Origin: Chara braunii
Taxonomy: Eukaryota > Plantae > Charophyceae
Direction of reading: 5' to 3'
DNA: 64,000 nt
Assembly (NCBI GenBank): GCA_003427395.1
Contig: BFEA01000040.1
Coordinates: 4,180,568 to 4,244,567 of the forward strand
The stretch's first letter is position 1. Every line of letters starts with the position of its first letter. The translations under genes and the position numbers were made by a program. Below, piece by piece: positions 23,641 to 37,461 of the stretch. The notes under the pieces were generated by a model. It made no database searches and had not been told where the DNA came from. It saw nothing but the letters and a program-made list of their open reading frames with translations.

Positions 23641-23699
23641 ATCACCTCTTTTCCCTTTGCCCCGGTCGATATCTCCGATGTCACGTCGACTTATCACGA

Positions 23700-26600
23700 A
23701 GAACAATTTACAAATTCAGATCAGGAAATGGATCAGGAAATGGATCCAGAAATGGACCAAGAAGGAGAAACAAAAACGGGGGATGAAACAAAGAAAGCAG
23801 AGTGTATGGGAGATTGGTTGAATCAGAAAAAACTCTACTACTGCCTCTAAGCTGTTTTTCATTGCTTCTAGTCTTTTACATATCCATTTAATCTTGTCAT
23901 TCATCGATTTGTAAGCACAGCCATCGTAAAAAATCTAATTGCTTGCATGCTTCATGTAGACATCATCCCTGTGTGCCAGTTTATTTGTTGGATATGATTT
24001 GATCAAGGTTTTTTTCACCCCTTGTTCTATCACTATCTGTTCTGACGGTAGGAAAAGCGAGAGAAAGTACGCTCTAGCTGATGATAGGTTTCTGAGTGAG
24101 ATCTTGAGATCATCAGCTGGGGTGCCCGGAGGGTCAATCAAAGATCTGGGGATAGTGAGAGATTTCTCTTGCATTGTTTCTCTCACTTTTTGAGTCCATA
24201 ATGGTTGAGGGGGCTTTGGTACTAATGCTATTTCAGATTCCTTTTCAGAGGACTGTGTGTGAGATTTGTTAGAGGAAGAATCAGTGTATATGGACTTTCT
24301 TTTTTCGGTCTATCTTTCCTCTTCCGTTAACACTTCATTCCTAACTTCCTCCATGTTTACTGTACTCTGTCTGTTTGACCAGGACAAAAAACAGATGGAT
24401 GGATAGAGAAAACTCTACTGGGATAGATTTGAGGTTAGAGTTTTTCCGTGGCTACCAAAAAAGATAGGACCTGAGGAAAGAAGAGAACAGTTAATGAAGG
24501 ATTTCTATTGGGTTGAAATGAGGCATATACCAATTGAAGTGCAAGCTGCATTCGTCCACGATTTTGGACACAAGTTCAAAATCATGGATTTTATTGATCC
24601 CCTTCCTACATATGTGGTCCAAAGGGATGATTACCTCATGTTAGCGATTGACCTTCCATAGGATCAACCCTTTTCATTGGATGAAATCATCCCCTTCAAA
24701 ATGGGAGAGAGAGTTTACCAAAGACACACGACACATAAGTTTAGGCCATGGTGTTTCAAGTGCAACGCGTACGGTCATCTAAATACGGAGTTTGTATGTC
24801 CACGTCATCCGCAACTTGCCCTTCTTATATAACAACGACTCAAAAAGGATCCACAGAGATCTCACAGGTGGATCTCAATAATGTCTGCTTATGAAGGTTG
24901 GGTATACAGTGAAGATCTCAATCAAACAGGGCAGCCCATTGACTGGTATTGGGAAGGTCGTGGTGACTTACGAAAAACTCTCTGGCCTCCAGCAGACTGG
25001 CTTCCCTATGTGCAGGCTCATGAAGTTCAACAACAACAACAAAACAGCACGCACAGTCAATCAGACTTGGAAAAGGAAACACTCACTCACTTCAGAAGAT
25101 CTAGCAACGTAATCGAGTTCGATTAGGATCCATGGAAAATGAAGGAAAGGGGGAAGGACAAGATGAAGAGGTAGAGATGAGTTAGCAGTCTGGACAACGA
25201 CAAGGTTAAGAGAGAAGTATGGCAGGACAGAAGGAGGGAGGGAGAAATTTGATTGGCCCATCTCCGACGAATTACATAACCAATATAGAAATCATGTTGG
25301 GACTGAGTGAAAGGAAGTTAGAAGAGAAGCCATAGCAAAGAAGAGTCCCCATGAGAAGCAACCGGATCAATCAAGACAGTTTGATCAATCTGAACAGGTT
25401 GAAAAATCTGAACACTCTGAACTGTCTGGCCAACCTCAGTAAAGTTCCTTGCAGAATCAAAGGAGGGGGAGACTACACCTCAACAGGTACAGTGATTTGG
25501 TCAACTCCTCTGATACAGAAGTAACTGAAGTGTTCTCACATGCTCTTAGAATAGCCAACGATCCAGAACAGGCCTTCAACAAGGAGTCAATGGAAACAAT
25601 GACCTCAATGGAGATAGATCATTTCAAAGATGTTATTGGATCACAATCGATGGAGGTGGAAGAAACTCCGGTGGCGATGCCACCACTCACCTCACTCTTC
25701 CAATTAGTTGGAAAACAAATTTTTTCTGATGATCTACAAGATTTACACTCAGAACTCATCGAACTGACTGATTGGATTGTGAGAAATCTGAGATCTAAAT
25801 ATCCTGAACTGACAAAAGAAGTATGGGAACAGATCCATTGACAGCTCAGGGCCATGTTGGCAAACATTGACAGTTTGAAGTATGGCCCCCCTCCTGGTTC
25901 ATATTGGATGAAACTAAGTAATAGATTATTAAATATTGTTATCAATAGACTCCATCTGTCACAGGTCCTTCATCCCATGATGCACAAGCAACTAACGAAA
26001 GCGCAGTATGAGACTGAAGCAGGTCTGAGAAGCCTATAACAGGTCCTTTAGCCCACGATGTACAAGCAACTAACGGAAGCGCAGTATGAGATTGAAGCAG
26101 GCCTTAGAAGCCTGAGGAGTCCAAGAAGAATGAGAAGATTGAAAGAAATGGCGAGAAGGAAGGGGATACACGCAGGAGGAAATAAGAAGAAACGGGACCA
26201 AAGGTGCCTCTCCACCAAATGCGTTTACAACAAAAACACCAAGAGCAAAAATGACACCAAAAGAAAAAAAGTCAAAAACAAAAAAATAATTAAAAAAAAA
26301 CTCAACTGCTCGAAGTCTGAGCCTAGAAGCACCCCCCCCCAGTCTACCTATACACAAAAATCAAAGGTAACAGAGGAGGTGTGGGATGACAAACAGAAAG
26401 GGAATACAATCCCTGATGCAAACCCTGTAATGACAAGGGGCCCAGATTTGGGTTCCCTCCGGGCCCAGATGGATGATGAGGCTGTACAGAACATTCGAGG
26501 GATGACTCAGATGGATGTTGAGTCTGTGCAGAACGTTGGAGGGATGGACAGTAGCAACGATAAACGAGTTTCTATAACTTAGGTAGGCAGCCAAGGAAAT

Positions 26601-27780
26601 AGTCCACCTCACACTCTGATAAGCAACGGACCCCTTATCATGGACTCTCACAGAGGCATATCAGAGAGTGTGGAACAAACAGAGGGACTAATCTGGCCTT
26701 ATCAAGACTTTCATCATAATGGTGTAGTCACCCAAAAGATTGTTGCATTCAAGGAGGGTGAAGGGAAGGAATATGAGATAGAGCAAGACCCAGTTGTAAC
26801 AATTGCACCATTTCTGTATGAGCCATTACCCCGAAAGATGATAAAGGAGAACTCTGAATCAAAAAATACGACCATTCAATTAACATACGTGATATCGAAA
26901 GTCACGGGGGGAAAAAAACACTTACTTCAAAAGAAAAGAATTAGAACTTAAATTGGATGGGGAAATCAATACAGGATACCAAGATAACTCAGAGGAATCA
27001 GGGAGGTGTGAGAAATCAGATGAATCTAACGAATCCGTGGAATCTGAAGAGTCAAAAGTTGAAGAAAACTCAAAGATTCAGAACCTTGATACTTTTGAGA
27101 CAACTTGGGTCATTGAGGACCCTAACCCTTTGATAGATTTGATGGAAGACCTATAGGAAGAGAATGACGAAAATGAGGAGGACACTCAAGACACTCAAGA
27201 TAAGGAATTTGATTCCACACCCCTACTCTCTTCTCCAGGAAACCTCATCAGTAAGAGGCAAAGACTGAGTGTGTGTTGTGCAAAGAGGAAGGGGGAACAC
27301 CTCCTAGGCAAAACAGATATTGTGTTCTTATCAGTCAGATTTAAAGGAAAAGGATGGGAAGTTGGCCTTTCAGAACCTCAGGGGGCGGTATATGCTGAGG
27401 TAATGGTGAAAGGAATCAAACCCCCTTTTTTATCCCTTGCAACTCTGGCAAGGGGTCTGGCAGGAGAATCCTTAATATAATTAGAAATAATTAAATTTAG
27501 TAAAGAACAATTCCCGCCAGGATTCTCAGCACTTCTAGTATTATCCGCAGGATCAAATAAAATTACTGAACGAGGCGTCTACTTGAAATACGATGTCTCC
27601 AAACAGGTGAATCTCCGCTGGTTTGAAATCACGACCATCAAGGAGATCCAACTTTTGAAGATAAAGGCGAGTCAGTTTTGGTCAGAAGATGATGTATGTA
27701 CTATTCTAGTACGCCTATTGAGACAAGGATTATTGGAAGTTTGGGGACAGCTAGACTGTGGGCCTTGGCAGAAAGTGTAA
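23700..27780 (+). pseudogene. L1-A ORF1 (segment about 23785-24376 inverted)
   Basis: Colinear with L1-B ORF1: FYWVEMRHIPIEVQAAFV, RPWCFKCNAYGHL, KASQFWSEDDVC. Confidence 0.8.
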
Positions 27781-27899
27781 CAAAGAATAGTAAGTTTCAG
27801 TAACTTCTTCAGTTCCTTCAGTTTCAATCGCACAGATAAAACAAGAAAGAAATAATAGATTTTAGTGTGATTGTTGCATTATACAACAAGGATAAGGAA

Positions 27900-30800
27900 T
27901 GGAAAGAACTGAGACGTGATGCAGATCTGGACATTAGATCACTTAATGTTAATGGTCTTGCGTCAGCTAAGCTTAATAAAAAGAAAGCAATTTATGATCA
28001 ATTAAAAGGGATTAGAGGGAAACAGTGACTTGATGTGTTATGTGTCCAAGAAACTCATTTAATAAATACAAAAAATTGTAACCATGTTCATAAAGAAATA
28101 TGACCACATCTTGCTTATAGGGCCCACACACCTAAAACAGGTAGTGCAGGGGTTGCTATATGGATGCCCCCAAACTTGAGAGTGGAAGTCCTTAACTGGG
28201 AAGTAGATCAGGAGGAAGGAAGGTGAGTATATATTTTAGTGATGCTGGAATTGGATATATGCATCTAACGATGTAGGTACATGATAATGTTTTTTTGAAA
28301 ACTCCTTGCCTAATCCGCCGTTAGGAATCCTGGTCATTATAGCAGGAGATTTTAATGCGGCTCATGATAGACACCTAGATCGTTGGCACCTACCCTCCCC
28401 TTGCCCAGTTTATGGTAAATCAGATAAGTTAATTATAAGAAACCTTTGTCAAACATTCAATTTGTTTGATACATATAGAAGGGTTTACCCGGCACATAAA
28501 TCGTTCTCATGCTTCAAAAGAGGACTAACTAAACAATGTTCTAAGTCACGAATAGATCTCATACTAACCTCAGATGAACTACATGGGGCATTGCAAGTAG
28601 CTGAAATTTTCCCACGCAGTCCCTTCCCTGATCTGGACCATGCAATGACTGTAGCAATTTTTTCCTTCCCTAAAAAAACTGACCAAGGAAAGGGATATTA
28701 CAAGCTCAATGTAGCTCACCTTAAAGACAAAAAATTCATTCAATACATAAAGGATGTATGGTCGTTCTGGAAAGAACAAAAAGAAAGAATTCAAGATAAT
28801 ATCATATATTTCAATAACGGTCTTTCCTTTCCATAGCGTAAATGCAATGAATATTCCAAGATGTTAGCAGCAGAAAAACTGTCGAACGAAACAGGAATCC
28901 TACAGCGGATTCAACAATTTCAACAATGGGAAACTGAATCAGAAAATAAGGATCCTTTATAAGATATGGGTAATGAAATTCAAAAGCGAGAATCTCAATT
29001 ATTGACTCAGACGGAATATCGTTGGCAAGGGGCTAGAATCAGAGGGAAACTTAAGAAACATATTATGGTAGGTAGGATGGATGCAAACTTATTTGCAATG
29101 GCTAGAGCACGAGATGAAAGAATCATAATTGAAGCATTAATAGACTCATAGAGTAGGAATGAATCCATGGCTTCCTCAACAGCAGAATGCACCAAAATAG
29201 TCAGCGGTTTCTTTAAAAATTTATTATCCTCAGAGATTCGGGAAAAACCTCTCGAGCAACGAAATAAAGATATAGATGATTTCGTGAACCCATTATAGGT
29301 AAAACTATCAACAGAACAACAACAAATGCTGGAAAAACCTCTAACTAAAGAAGAAATCTAGACAGCACTGATGTTAATGGAAGAAGAAAAAACTCCAGGA
29401 ATTGATGGGCTTCCAAAATAATTTTGGAAGGCAAACTGGGATTTCCTTTCAGAGGACCTTATGTGTTTTTTCCATGAAGTATGAGAATCAGGTAATATGG
29501 GGGAATTCGTCAGTCAAGGGGTGTTAACTTTGTTTTATAATAAAGGTGGAAAAACTAACATTCGTAATTATAGACCGATCACCCTGCTTACTGTTGCTTA
29601 TAAGTTATTAGAAAAAGTTATAGTCGTACGACTTAATAAAGTTATAAGTGATATAATACATCCAACACAATCCGGGTTTATAAATAACAGGATTATACAA
29701 GACATTATACTGCTAGTCAATGAACTTCTTAAGTTAACACGCCAATCTAAACATAATGCAGTCATTATCTTCATTGATTTTGAGAAAGCGTATGATCACG
29801 TAGATTGGTATTTCCTTAATAAATGTCTAAAAAAATTAAACTTTGGATCATGTTTTCACAGATGGATTACGATTATTCATCAAAATGTCACAACAACAGT
29901 AATGGTAAATGAAATATGGCTCCACCAATATCCGTACATAGGTCAGTAAGACAAAGGGACCCTATAGCACCCTTCCTCTTTGTGATTGTCATGGAGACAC
30001 TAGCAACTAACCTAAGAAAGAATCGATATATTAAGCGCATCCAAGTAACATCAATCCCAAAGGATTCAATCCCTGTTTGTTCACTATTTGCAAATGATCT
30101 CTCACTCATAATAGATGCCTCAAACGCAAATTTAGAGGCAATTCAAGCAATGATGAAAAAATTATGTCGATTATCAGATATGAAGGTCGATTGGGAAATA
30201 AAACCTTGGGTTGGTGGATTAACCATTAGGGAGTTCGTCCCCCAGAGCAACCAAGAGTGAAATAACTTCCATTGGACACACCGGTAAAGGTTATAGGAGT
30301 TTCCTTAACAGTAGAAGTGAAACCGACGACAAATAACGATTAGATATCACAACAGGCTCTTATGAAGTTTTAATTATGGAAAGACAAACATAAATCAATT
30401 ATGGGAAGAGTTTTAGTTATTAATAATGTTGTCGTAGCCTCTATATGGTATAAATCAACAATTTGGGCAATTGAAAAAGCAGCACTCAAGGCTCTGCAAA
30501 GACAACTAGTGACATTTTTATGAAAAAGTAATCATGACAGTAAAAATATAATTAGTAGGGTGGTTTGGTAATCAGTGATTCAACCAAAAATCAAAGGTGG
30601 GTTGAGATTGATTGATCCAACTATACAAGGAATGTCGTTGTCCATTCAATGGATTAAAAGATTGATTTTCAATCCCCAAACCCCTTGGAATTCCCAGGCA
30701 TGGGAACAAATCAGACGGCTAACACCCGAAACACCAGACAACATAGATCCCTTGATGTGGTTGGACAACAGATCATGGTCTATCCCTAGAAGATGCTCAG

Positions 30801-32325
30801 GAGAGAGAGAAAACTCACTAAGTTCATAACGTACTGTAACGAGGATTGACATAGGAAAAGATCCCTTCTGGACTACTTTGCTAAAAACATGGAGGAAGTT
30901 ACCCGGGCCTTTGCGAGATAAGGTGACACCAACACGATGGGAGGAGGTATGTCAACAACCCCTGTTTAATAATTGTTGGATTAGGGACTCATAAGTATAT
31001 ATGCTGCATTGTATGGAGACACCGTGGAAAAACTGGGTTTAAAGGGGTGTATTACGAATCAAGGATATTTGGAAGAAGGATGCAGCTAAGGAATTGATCC
31101 CGGCCAGTAAATTACATGAACGACTTAGGTATTATCATCAATCGGAGGACTCCTCAGAGAAAATTATTGAACTAATCCCCTTGGAATGGGTTCGTATCCT
31201 AAAAAAAAACCATAAATTTGAAGAAGGAGATTGGGTATCCCTTTTAAATCAGTCACACCTTATTGATAATATCCTACAAATCAACTCAAATGAAGAAATT
31301 ACTCTTTCAATATTTAGGCAGACCCAAGACAATATAGTTATTCCAATAAAAGAAGTGCTATGGGTGAACAGTAGAGCATCTTCAGGGTTAGACTACTTAA
31401 ACAAAAGGATTCTTGGATAGCCTTCAGGTCCAACACACTTACTTTCCACCTTGCCCTGGATCCCATTAATCGAGTCTGGACGACAAAGATAGGTAATAGT
31501 CGTCAATACAAGAGAGTTATTCATACTCTATCAGTTAAGTCCACATACAGAATGTTAAAACCTAGTATAAACTTAAAAGACAAAATAATAACTAGGTAGA
31601 AGAAGCAACTTAATCTGAGTAACGAAGAACTCAAACCAGTTAAATAGTTTAGAACTATTAAGTCAAAGTCAGTCAAGGTAGCCTCACTACAATGACAAAT
31701 TGAATACCGGTGTCGTCGAACAAGTGACTGGCTGATAGACCGAACCTCCTTTGAACAAAAAGGAAGGGCGCTCCCATGGTGTAAGTTTTGTACGGCGTCC
31801 TTCCCGGCAAAAGTTATACCTGAAACCATTGAACATATTTTTTATGTAGTGTCCAGGGGTTGTATGACTTTGGAGATGGTGGAATCGAATTTGGCAGCAA
31901 CTTGGTACTCAATATTAATAGTCATGGGACTGGAAAGGATATTGATAGAAACATGGAATCCAAAACCAATTGATGATTTCACTCTCAATATGTTTACTGA
32001 AGGAGGAAGAGTTGTACTTTGGGCAATATGGAAGAGAAGGTGTACATTTGAAATGGAAGGGGTAAGGTTGGATGACACAGAATTCACTAACACAATCCAA
32101 CAACAAATTCAAACAACGATCAAAGATAAATGGAAAAATACAAAGGAAAATATTCAACGCTTGAATTACCACACAGAAATTTTAAAATATATCAAGGAGT
32201 TTTCTCGATGCTAGCTTGGTCGTCCTCAAGGAGGGAAATTGGGTTCAGTCAAATGGGAAGGAGTTGAGATGAGAGAAAATGAGAAACTTAAAAAATTACT
32301 ACCTGAAGTTTGGAGAGTGGTTTAA
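27900..32325 (+). pseudogene. L1-A ORF2 (APE endonuclease, RT, zf-RVT)
   Basis: SLNVNGL, CVQETH, IAGDFNA, SRIDLI, DH; PGIDGLP, NYRPITLL, IDFEKAYD, RQRDPIAP, FANDL; CKFC..ETIEHIF. Confidence 0.92.
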
Positions 32326-32662
32326 GGTTGACCCAGAGATCCCCTTAAGACGCATGTCAAACTTCCCAGCCCCCTTCCCCCCATCTTCCAGTTCAATAGT
32401 TCCAAGGTCATGGTACGGTTATGATTAAAATTATTACAAAGGTCGGTGAGCAGAAATTAGAGGACACACAACTTAATATTACAAACCTGATTTGACGCCC
32501 CTAAGGGGGTGAGGAGGTTGTGATGCATCTATGCAAGAGGGGATACTGAGCCCAGTTCTCAGCATAATCAGTTTTTGGTCACTCCGGGTAGACTGTGAGG
32601 ACACCGGCCTCAATTTTCTTATTATTAATATCATCCTTGGACAATTTAAAAAAAAAAAAAAA

Positions 32663-34701
32663 CAAGTTGTCTTAATCAGCAATCACAATTTTTTCCAACG
32701 AAAAAAACTCTCTGGCATCACACAGTCCGACGGGCAGTGCTACATATTGTTCAACTCCACACCTGCGGAGCCATCCATACACACGGTGATTCCGACCTCC
32801 TTTTCGGATTACTTTTTAATTACAAGTTCGATACATATGTTCTCACCATCTTTTCCCCAATGAACGTTCAGTGCAACCCACATATGTGTGTCGTGACCAG
32901 AGCGAGATTAGAACATAGACCAATGGACCGGGATAACCAGGCTAATCGAAGTCCTGCCTAATCAGTTTAAGCAAATGAGACCGAAACTTCACACCCCACG
33001 AAATTACATGATCCGAAATCAACAAAATTACGATCAGAAGAAAGAGGGAATTCACCAGACTATCATTGACAGGAGAGAAGGTAGAGACAAAGCACAAAAT
33101 TGACGACACCTCCATGCCAGATTCCATAATTCGGTCACGTTCAGGAAACACCCCTATGTTGATACAGATGGTATCTCTTCAACCAACGTCTCTGGTTCAT
33201 CAGTCTCCTTTGCCTTACCTTTCCTAGCATCCTGCTCTTCTTGCTCATCTCCTGCCTTCGATCTTATTTTATACCCTTTCCGTAGCTCTCCAAACATTCT
33301 ATTTGCATGGAGCTCCGCGATCTCCTCGACCACTTGTTCAACCGTCTTGTACGGAATTCCGTCATCGACACATAGGGGTACCGACTCTCCCTTCTTTAGA
33401 GCGCGCAAACGTTTCTTCTCTTCGGCGAGAAACATATGTCGATCATTAACCGCTGCATCCTTACTGGTCGAAGCACCTAGCCTGCCTTCCAGTCCTTTCT
33501 CCTTTCTCATCGAGCTGCCGATTGCCACTTGCTCCAAACGATTACGCAAGTTTGTGCCCCCTAATTGTGGTGACTTCAACATGTCAACCTGTTCCCTGAG
33601 CAAGCCGGCCTCCTTTTCCGCGGTCATTCACTTTGCCTCCAGCAGCTTCAACTCCACAAATGATAGTTGTTGCATGTCCCTTAAGCTCTGGAACTACTCA
33701 TTTAATTTCTCGAGGTCATTCGACGAGGTTACCGACATAGATTTCAATTTCCCCTGCGGCTCACTCTGCAGTGTGTTGATGACTATGTTGCCACGTTTGT
33801 TACCTGGTCGAAGGGCCTCACATTTTCATTGTTGCACCTCCTCCTCTGATAATTCTTTTTCCTTCTTCAGATTCTTCACCTGCTCCTTCAGTTCCTCGAA
33901 CAGCCTCTCTAAATCTGGTTTATCACTTGTAGTCTCCTTACCTTTCTTCAGTACTTCGATATCCTCTTTCAACTTTTTAATTTCGCTTTCGACAAGATCG
34001 ATTGAGAGCTTGTTGAATGCCAACTTCTTCAATTCTTCGTTTTCCTTCCTAAGAAGATCGACCTCGGAGCTGTCGTCCGTAACCGACTTCCCTGCGAAAA
34101 GCTTGGTTTGTAGCTCAATGACCTCCTTTCGTAGCCTAGCCACTTCATCTGCTTGTGACCCTTTGCTTGTGCTTGCCTTGTCTACCCTTCCAACCTCCCC
34201 CGTTCAATTCAGTAATGCATCGCAGACAAACGCCAAACGCTGATCAATCTTAGCTCCCACATCCACGACCAACTCCTGTTTTTCTTTCTTCTTACGAGCA
34301 AACTCCTGCAATTTTTTTTCCTTTCTTTCTTCAGCTAGCTTCTCTTCGTCTGTTTGTGCCTTTGACTTAAAATCTTTGTAGAAGTCATACATATCAGTGA
34401 GAATACTCTGATTCTGTCGCCACCAATTTGGTTTCGGTGTCGTCCCGAAATGTTGAGTTGTCGGTTGTGTCTGGAAAGGCCCACCGGTCGTCATTGGTGT
34501 CGTCGTCTGAGCCACGACACTAGTTGTGGCCGGAGGAAGAGCCAGAAGCGGAGTCGCATTAGACATAGGTACCGCATTCGCACTTGTGTCCACATTTCGA
34601 CGCGGGTGAGGACATTCTGGTGAAAGTGCCCGTGGAGACCGCAGTTGTGGCACGCCATCATCTCTCGTCAATGTAAAATTTGACGACAATATTGTAGTCA
34701 C
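32663..34701 (-). mobile_element. PLE-2 5' part: ORF1 remnants and GIY-YIG
   Basis: About 32930-32720 reads PLVYVLISLWSRHTYVGCTER..RW and NHRVYGWLRRCGVEQYVALP; ORF1 pieces 33154-34701 contain LKK..LCVDDGI, matching the PLE-1 ORF1 C-terminus. Confidence 0.8.
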
Positions 34702-34744
34702 TTTATCGTAGTATAATCTCTACGACGGTTACTAAGTGAAATGA

Positions 34745-35000
34745 GGTGGAATAGAGTAAACTCTTTCCTACTCAAACATTTAGATATGACGAGAGTGGAG
34801 GCATTCATGCAACGGCACATCTTCTTGAGCAGACAACAGGAACGAGTAGAGAGAGCAGATGCATTGGAAGGGAAGAGGAGAATAAGACGACGAAGAAGAA
34901 GAAGAAAAGGAAGAGGAAGGAAGAGGAAAGGAAGACCAGAGAGAGGGGGTATGGACTAAGGACGAGTACCAAGACGCGACTGAAAACCCCGACATAGAAG
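34745..35000 (+). repeat. Dispersed repeat, near-identical to 20138-20400
   Basis: Direct comparison. Confidence 0.9.
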
Positions 35001-35861
35001 TAGGCGTAGGCCCATAACCTTAGGATAACTTACTCCTGCCCAGTAAATTAAAGGTTCGTCCCGATTTCCACAGGTGTTAGTTTGGTAAGGGCTTGCGGGT
35101 AAGGTGTAGATATGGGTAGCTAGAGGAAAGTAAGAGAGAAGAAAATAGGGTAGGTTAAAAATGCAACTATTCCCCATATGAGGAGAAGACAGATGTATCC
35201 ATCTATCTATCTATGTCTATATAAGCGACACTCGGAAGACGGACCCAATGAAAAAGAGGTTCGCACTTCGTTTGGATGGGACAGCAGGTGTCCCGCAGCG
35301 CAGTGAAGAAGCGGTCCTCAGAAGATGCTCCCTTTGGGCCCAATGAAAAGAGGCCCACACTGCGTTTGGAAGGGACAACAGGTGTCATACGGCGCACAGT
35401 TATGTTTTCTCTTCTTTTTTTTGTCATGTAGCACTCAGATAGTCGTTCAGCAGCCCGACTCGAACCTTCCATTTCGCCGTTTTAGCAGGTTTTCCTACCC
35501 CGCTGTTGCCCCGCGGGGAAAACAATCCAACAGCCACTACAGTGGGGCAAACAATCCGACAGCTACTACACAACTACTACAACGGGGCAAACAATCCAAC
35601 AGCTACTACACTGGGGCAAAAAAACTTCCTGACGGTCCCGCCACCCGTCGCGCAGGGCAAAAAAACGTTTCAACCACCTGTTAGACTAGGGCTGTGGTGG
35701 GTGAGTAGAGGGCATGGGTCACTGGTTGGTCTGGATTAACTGATGATGATGATACGCGTTTCGGGGATAAGTACCTCGCCTTAAAAGCAGTTAGGACCGT
35801 GGTGGGCGAGTAGAGGGCAACGGGAAAAAAAAAATGAAAAAAAAAAAAAAAAAAAAAAAAA

Positions 35862-36954
35862 GTAAAATGGTTCACTATGACCAAAATTAAACCTGCAAAA
35901 GTGGCTTCACTATAATGGCAAATAGAACATAGATGCCTTCCTACAAATGACTGGCTAGTAGACAGGTCAACATTGGAACAAAGAGGGAAAGCGCTCCCCT
36001 CGTGTAAATTTTGTAAATCTGCGTTCCCTTCTAAGTTAGTCCCAGAAACAATTGAGCATATATTCTTACAATGTCCTGGGGCAATCTGGCTATGGAGGTG
36101 GTGGGATCGTATTTGGTCTAACTTGGAAACATAAGTCCAGTGGCCATTCGACTGGAGAGCTATCCTTCTTAAAACTTGGTGCCCTGAAAGTATTGATGAA
36201 TTCTCACAAAACTTGTATAATCTAGGAAGGAGAGCGGTTTTATGGGCAATATGGTTAAGAAGATATACGTATGAAATGGAAGGAGTGAGACTAGATGGAC
36301 CAGAATTTACTGACATGGTAAAGCAACAAATACAAACGGATATCAATATATAATGGGTACAAGCTAAAGAAAAAATACAATTTGTATCCTCACAAAAAGA
36401 AATCTGCCAACATATTCAACGTTTCAACCAATGCTGGTTAAGAGGAACCCAGAGAGGGAAGATGGGGAGGGTTGAATGGGAAGGGGCAAGGAGAGGAGAA
36501 GAGGACAATCTGAATAGGGACTATAAGCTTGCTTTTAATGACTGGACTATGATTAACCCAGCAATCCCGTTACGACCAATGTCAGACTTCCCAGCTCCCT
36601 TTCCTCCCTCGGCTCTAAGTCTTGTCTCAAGGGCCTGGTTTGGGTATGAATGAAGTTGAATGGTAGGAGAAGATGGTATTCAAATTTCTAATGGTTGTAA
36701 GGATTAATAGATAAGAAGGGATTAGTGCTAGAATGATGTTGTTAGATTTGGCGCCCTATTGGGGTGAAGAGGCACAACTCATCTTAACTTTATGATTCAG
36801 GCACACCACTCTTTTATATCATTCATGTACTTGACGGACGCTGGAGCCGGTTTCCAGCACATGTTGCTCATTCATGTACTTAAAGGGACGCTGGACCCGG
36901 TTTCCAGCAGGTGTTGCTCCCCACCAATAGATGGAGCTAACCATCAAAAAAAAA
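35862..36954 (+). mobile_element. 5'-truncated L1/Tx1 LINE, relative of L1-A
   Basis: WQIEHRCLPTNDWL..CKFC..ETIEHIFLQCP; tail module 36885-36937; poly(A). Confidence 0.88.
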
Positions 36955-37401
36955 AGGGAAAATTTTCGAAATGCCCCTGAAGTTTGCGTTTATTTGTGTT
37001 TTGACCCTCCGACGGCCGACCCTGATTTGCCCCTCTGACAACGATTCAAGTTTCCAAAAAAACCCTGGCGTCGTTTGGGCCTGAAATATGTTCAATATGC
37101 CCCTACTGGTACCAGTACCAAATTTCCAGTATGTCCCTACTGAAAAGCCGTTGGGTACCGGCACAAGAATTTCCAAGATACCCCTGCCGGTGCGGTGCAT
37201 CTGTTCAGTATGCCCTTGTGGCCATTGCTGCCAGTCAGGGCCGTTTCCCAAAAAACAAAACACAGCGTGAACACGACGATGCCACAGGCACTGATGCCTA
37301 ATGACATACTCAGGAACTTTCCTTGCCACATCAAGCCAACTCCTGCCATCTCTAATGGTATGTTCTCAGTTGTACATTACTCTCCTAGCCCCACAGCTTT
37401 C

Positions 37402-37461
<60 letters not shown>

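Larger units (their letters stand above)
23640..32662 (+). mobile_element. Near full-length decayed L1/Tx1 LINE (L1-A) lying between the two PLE-2 parts
   Basis: ORF1 with CCHC-like knuckle, APE, RT, zf-RVT, poly(A) 32648-32662; many stops. 5' end approximate; no TSD found. Confidence 0.9.

Noticed and set aside
33347-34243. 298-aa Ser/Phe-rich ORF
   Set aside because: Antisense shadow of the PLE-2 coiled-coil ORF1.
35745-35785. Hammerhead remnant (GAAACGCGUA on minus)
   Set aside because: CUGAUGA core missing on that strand and no stem I.
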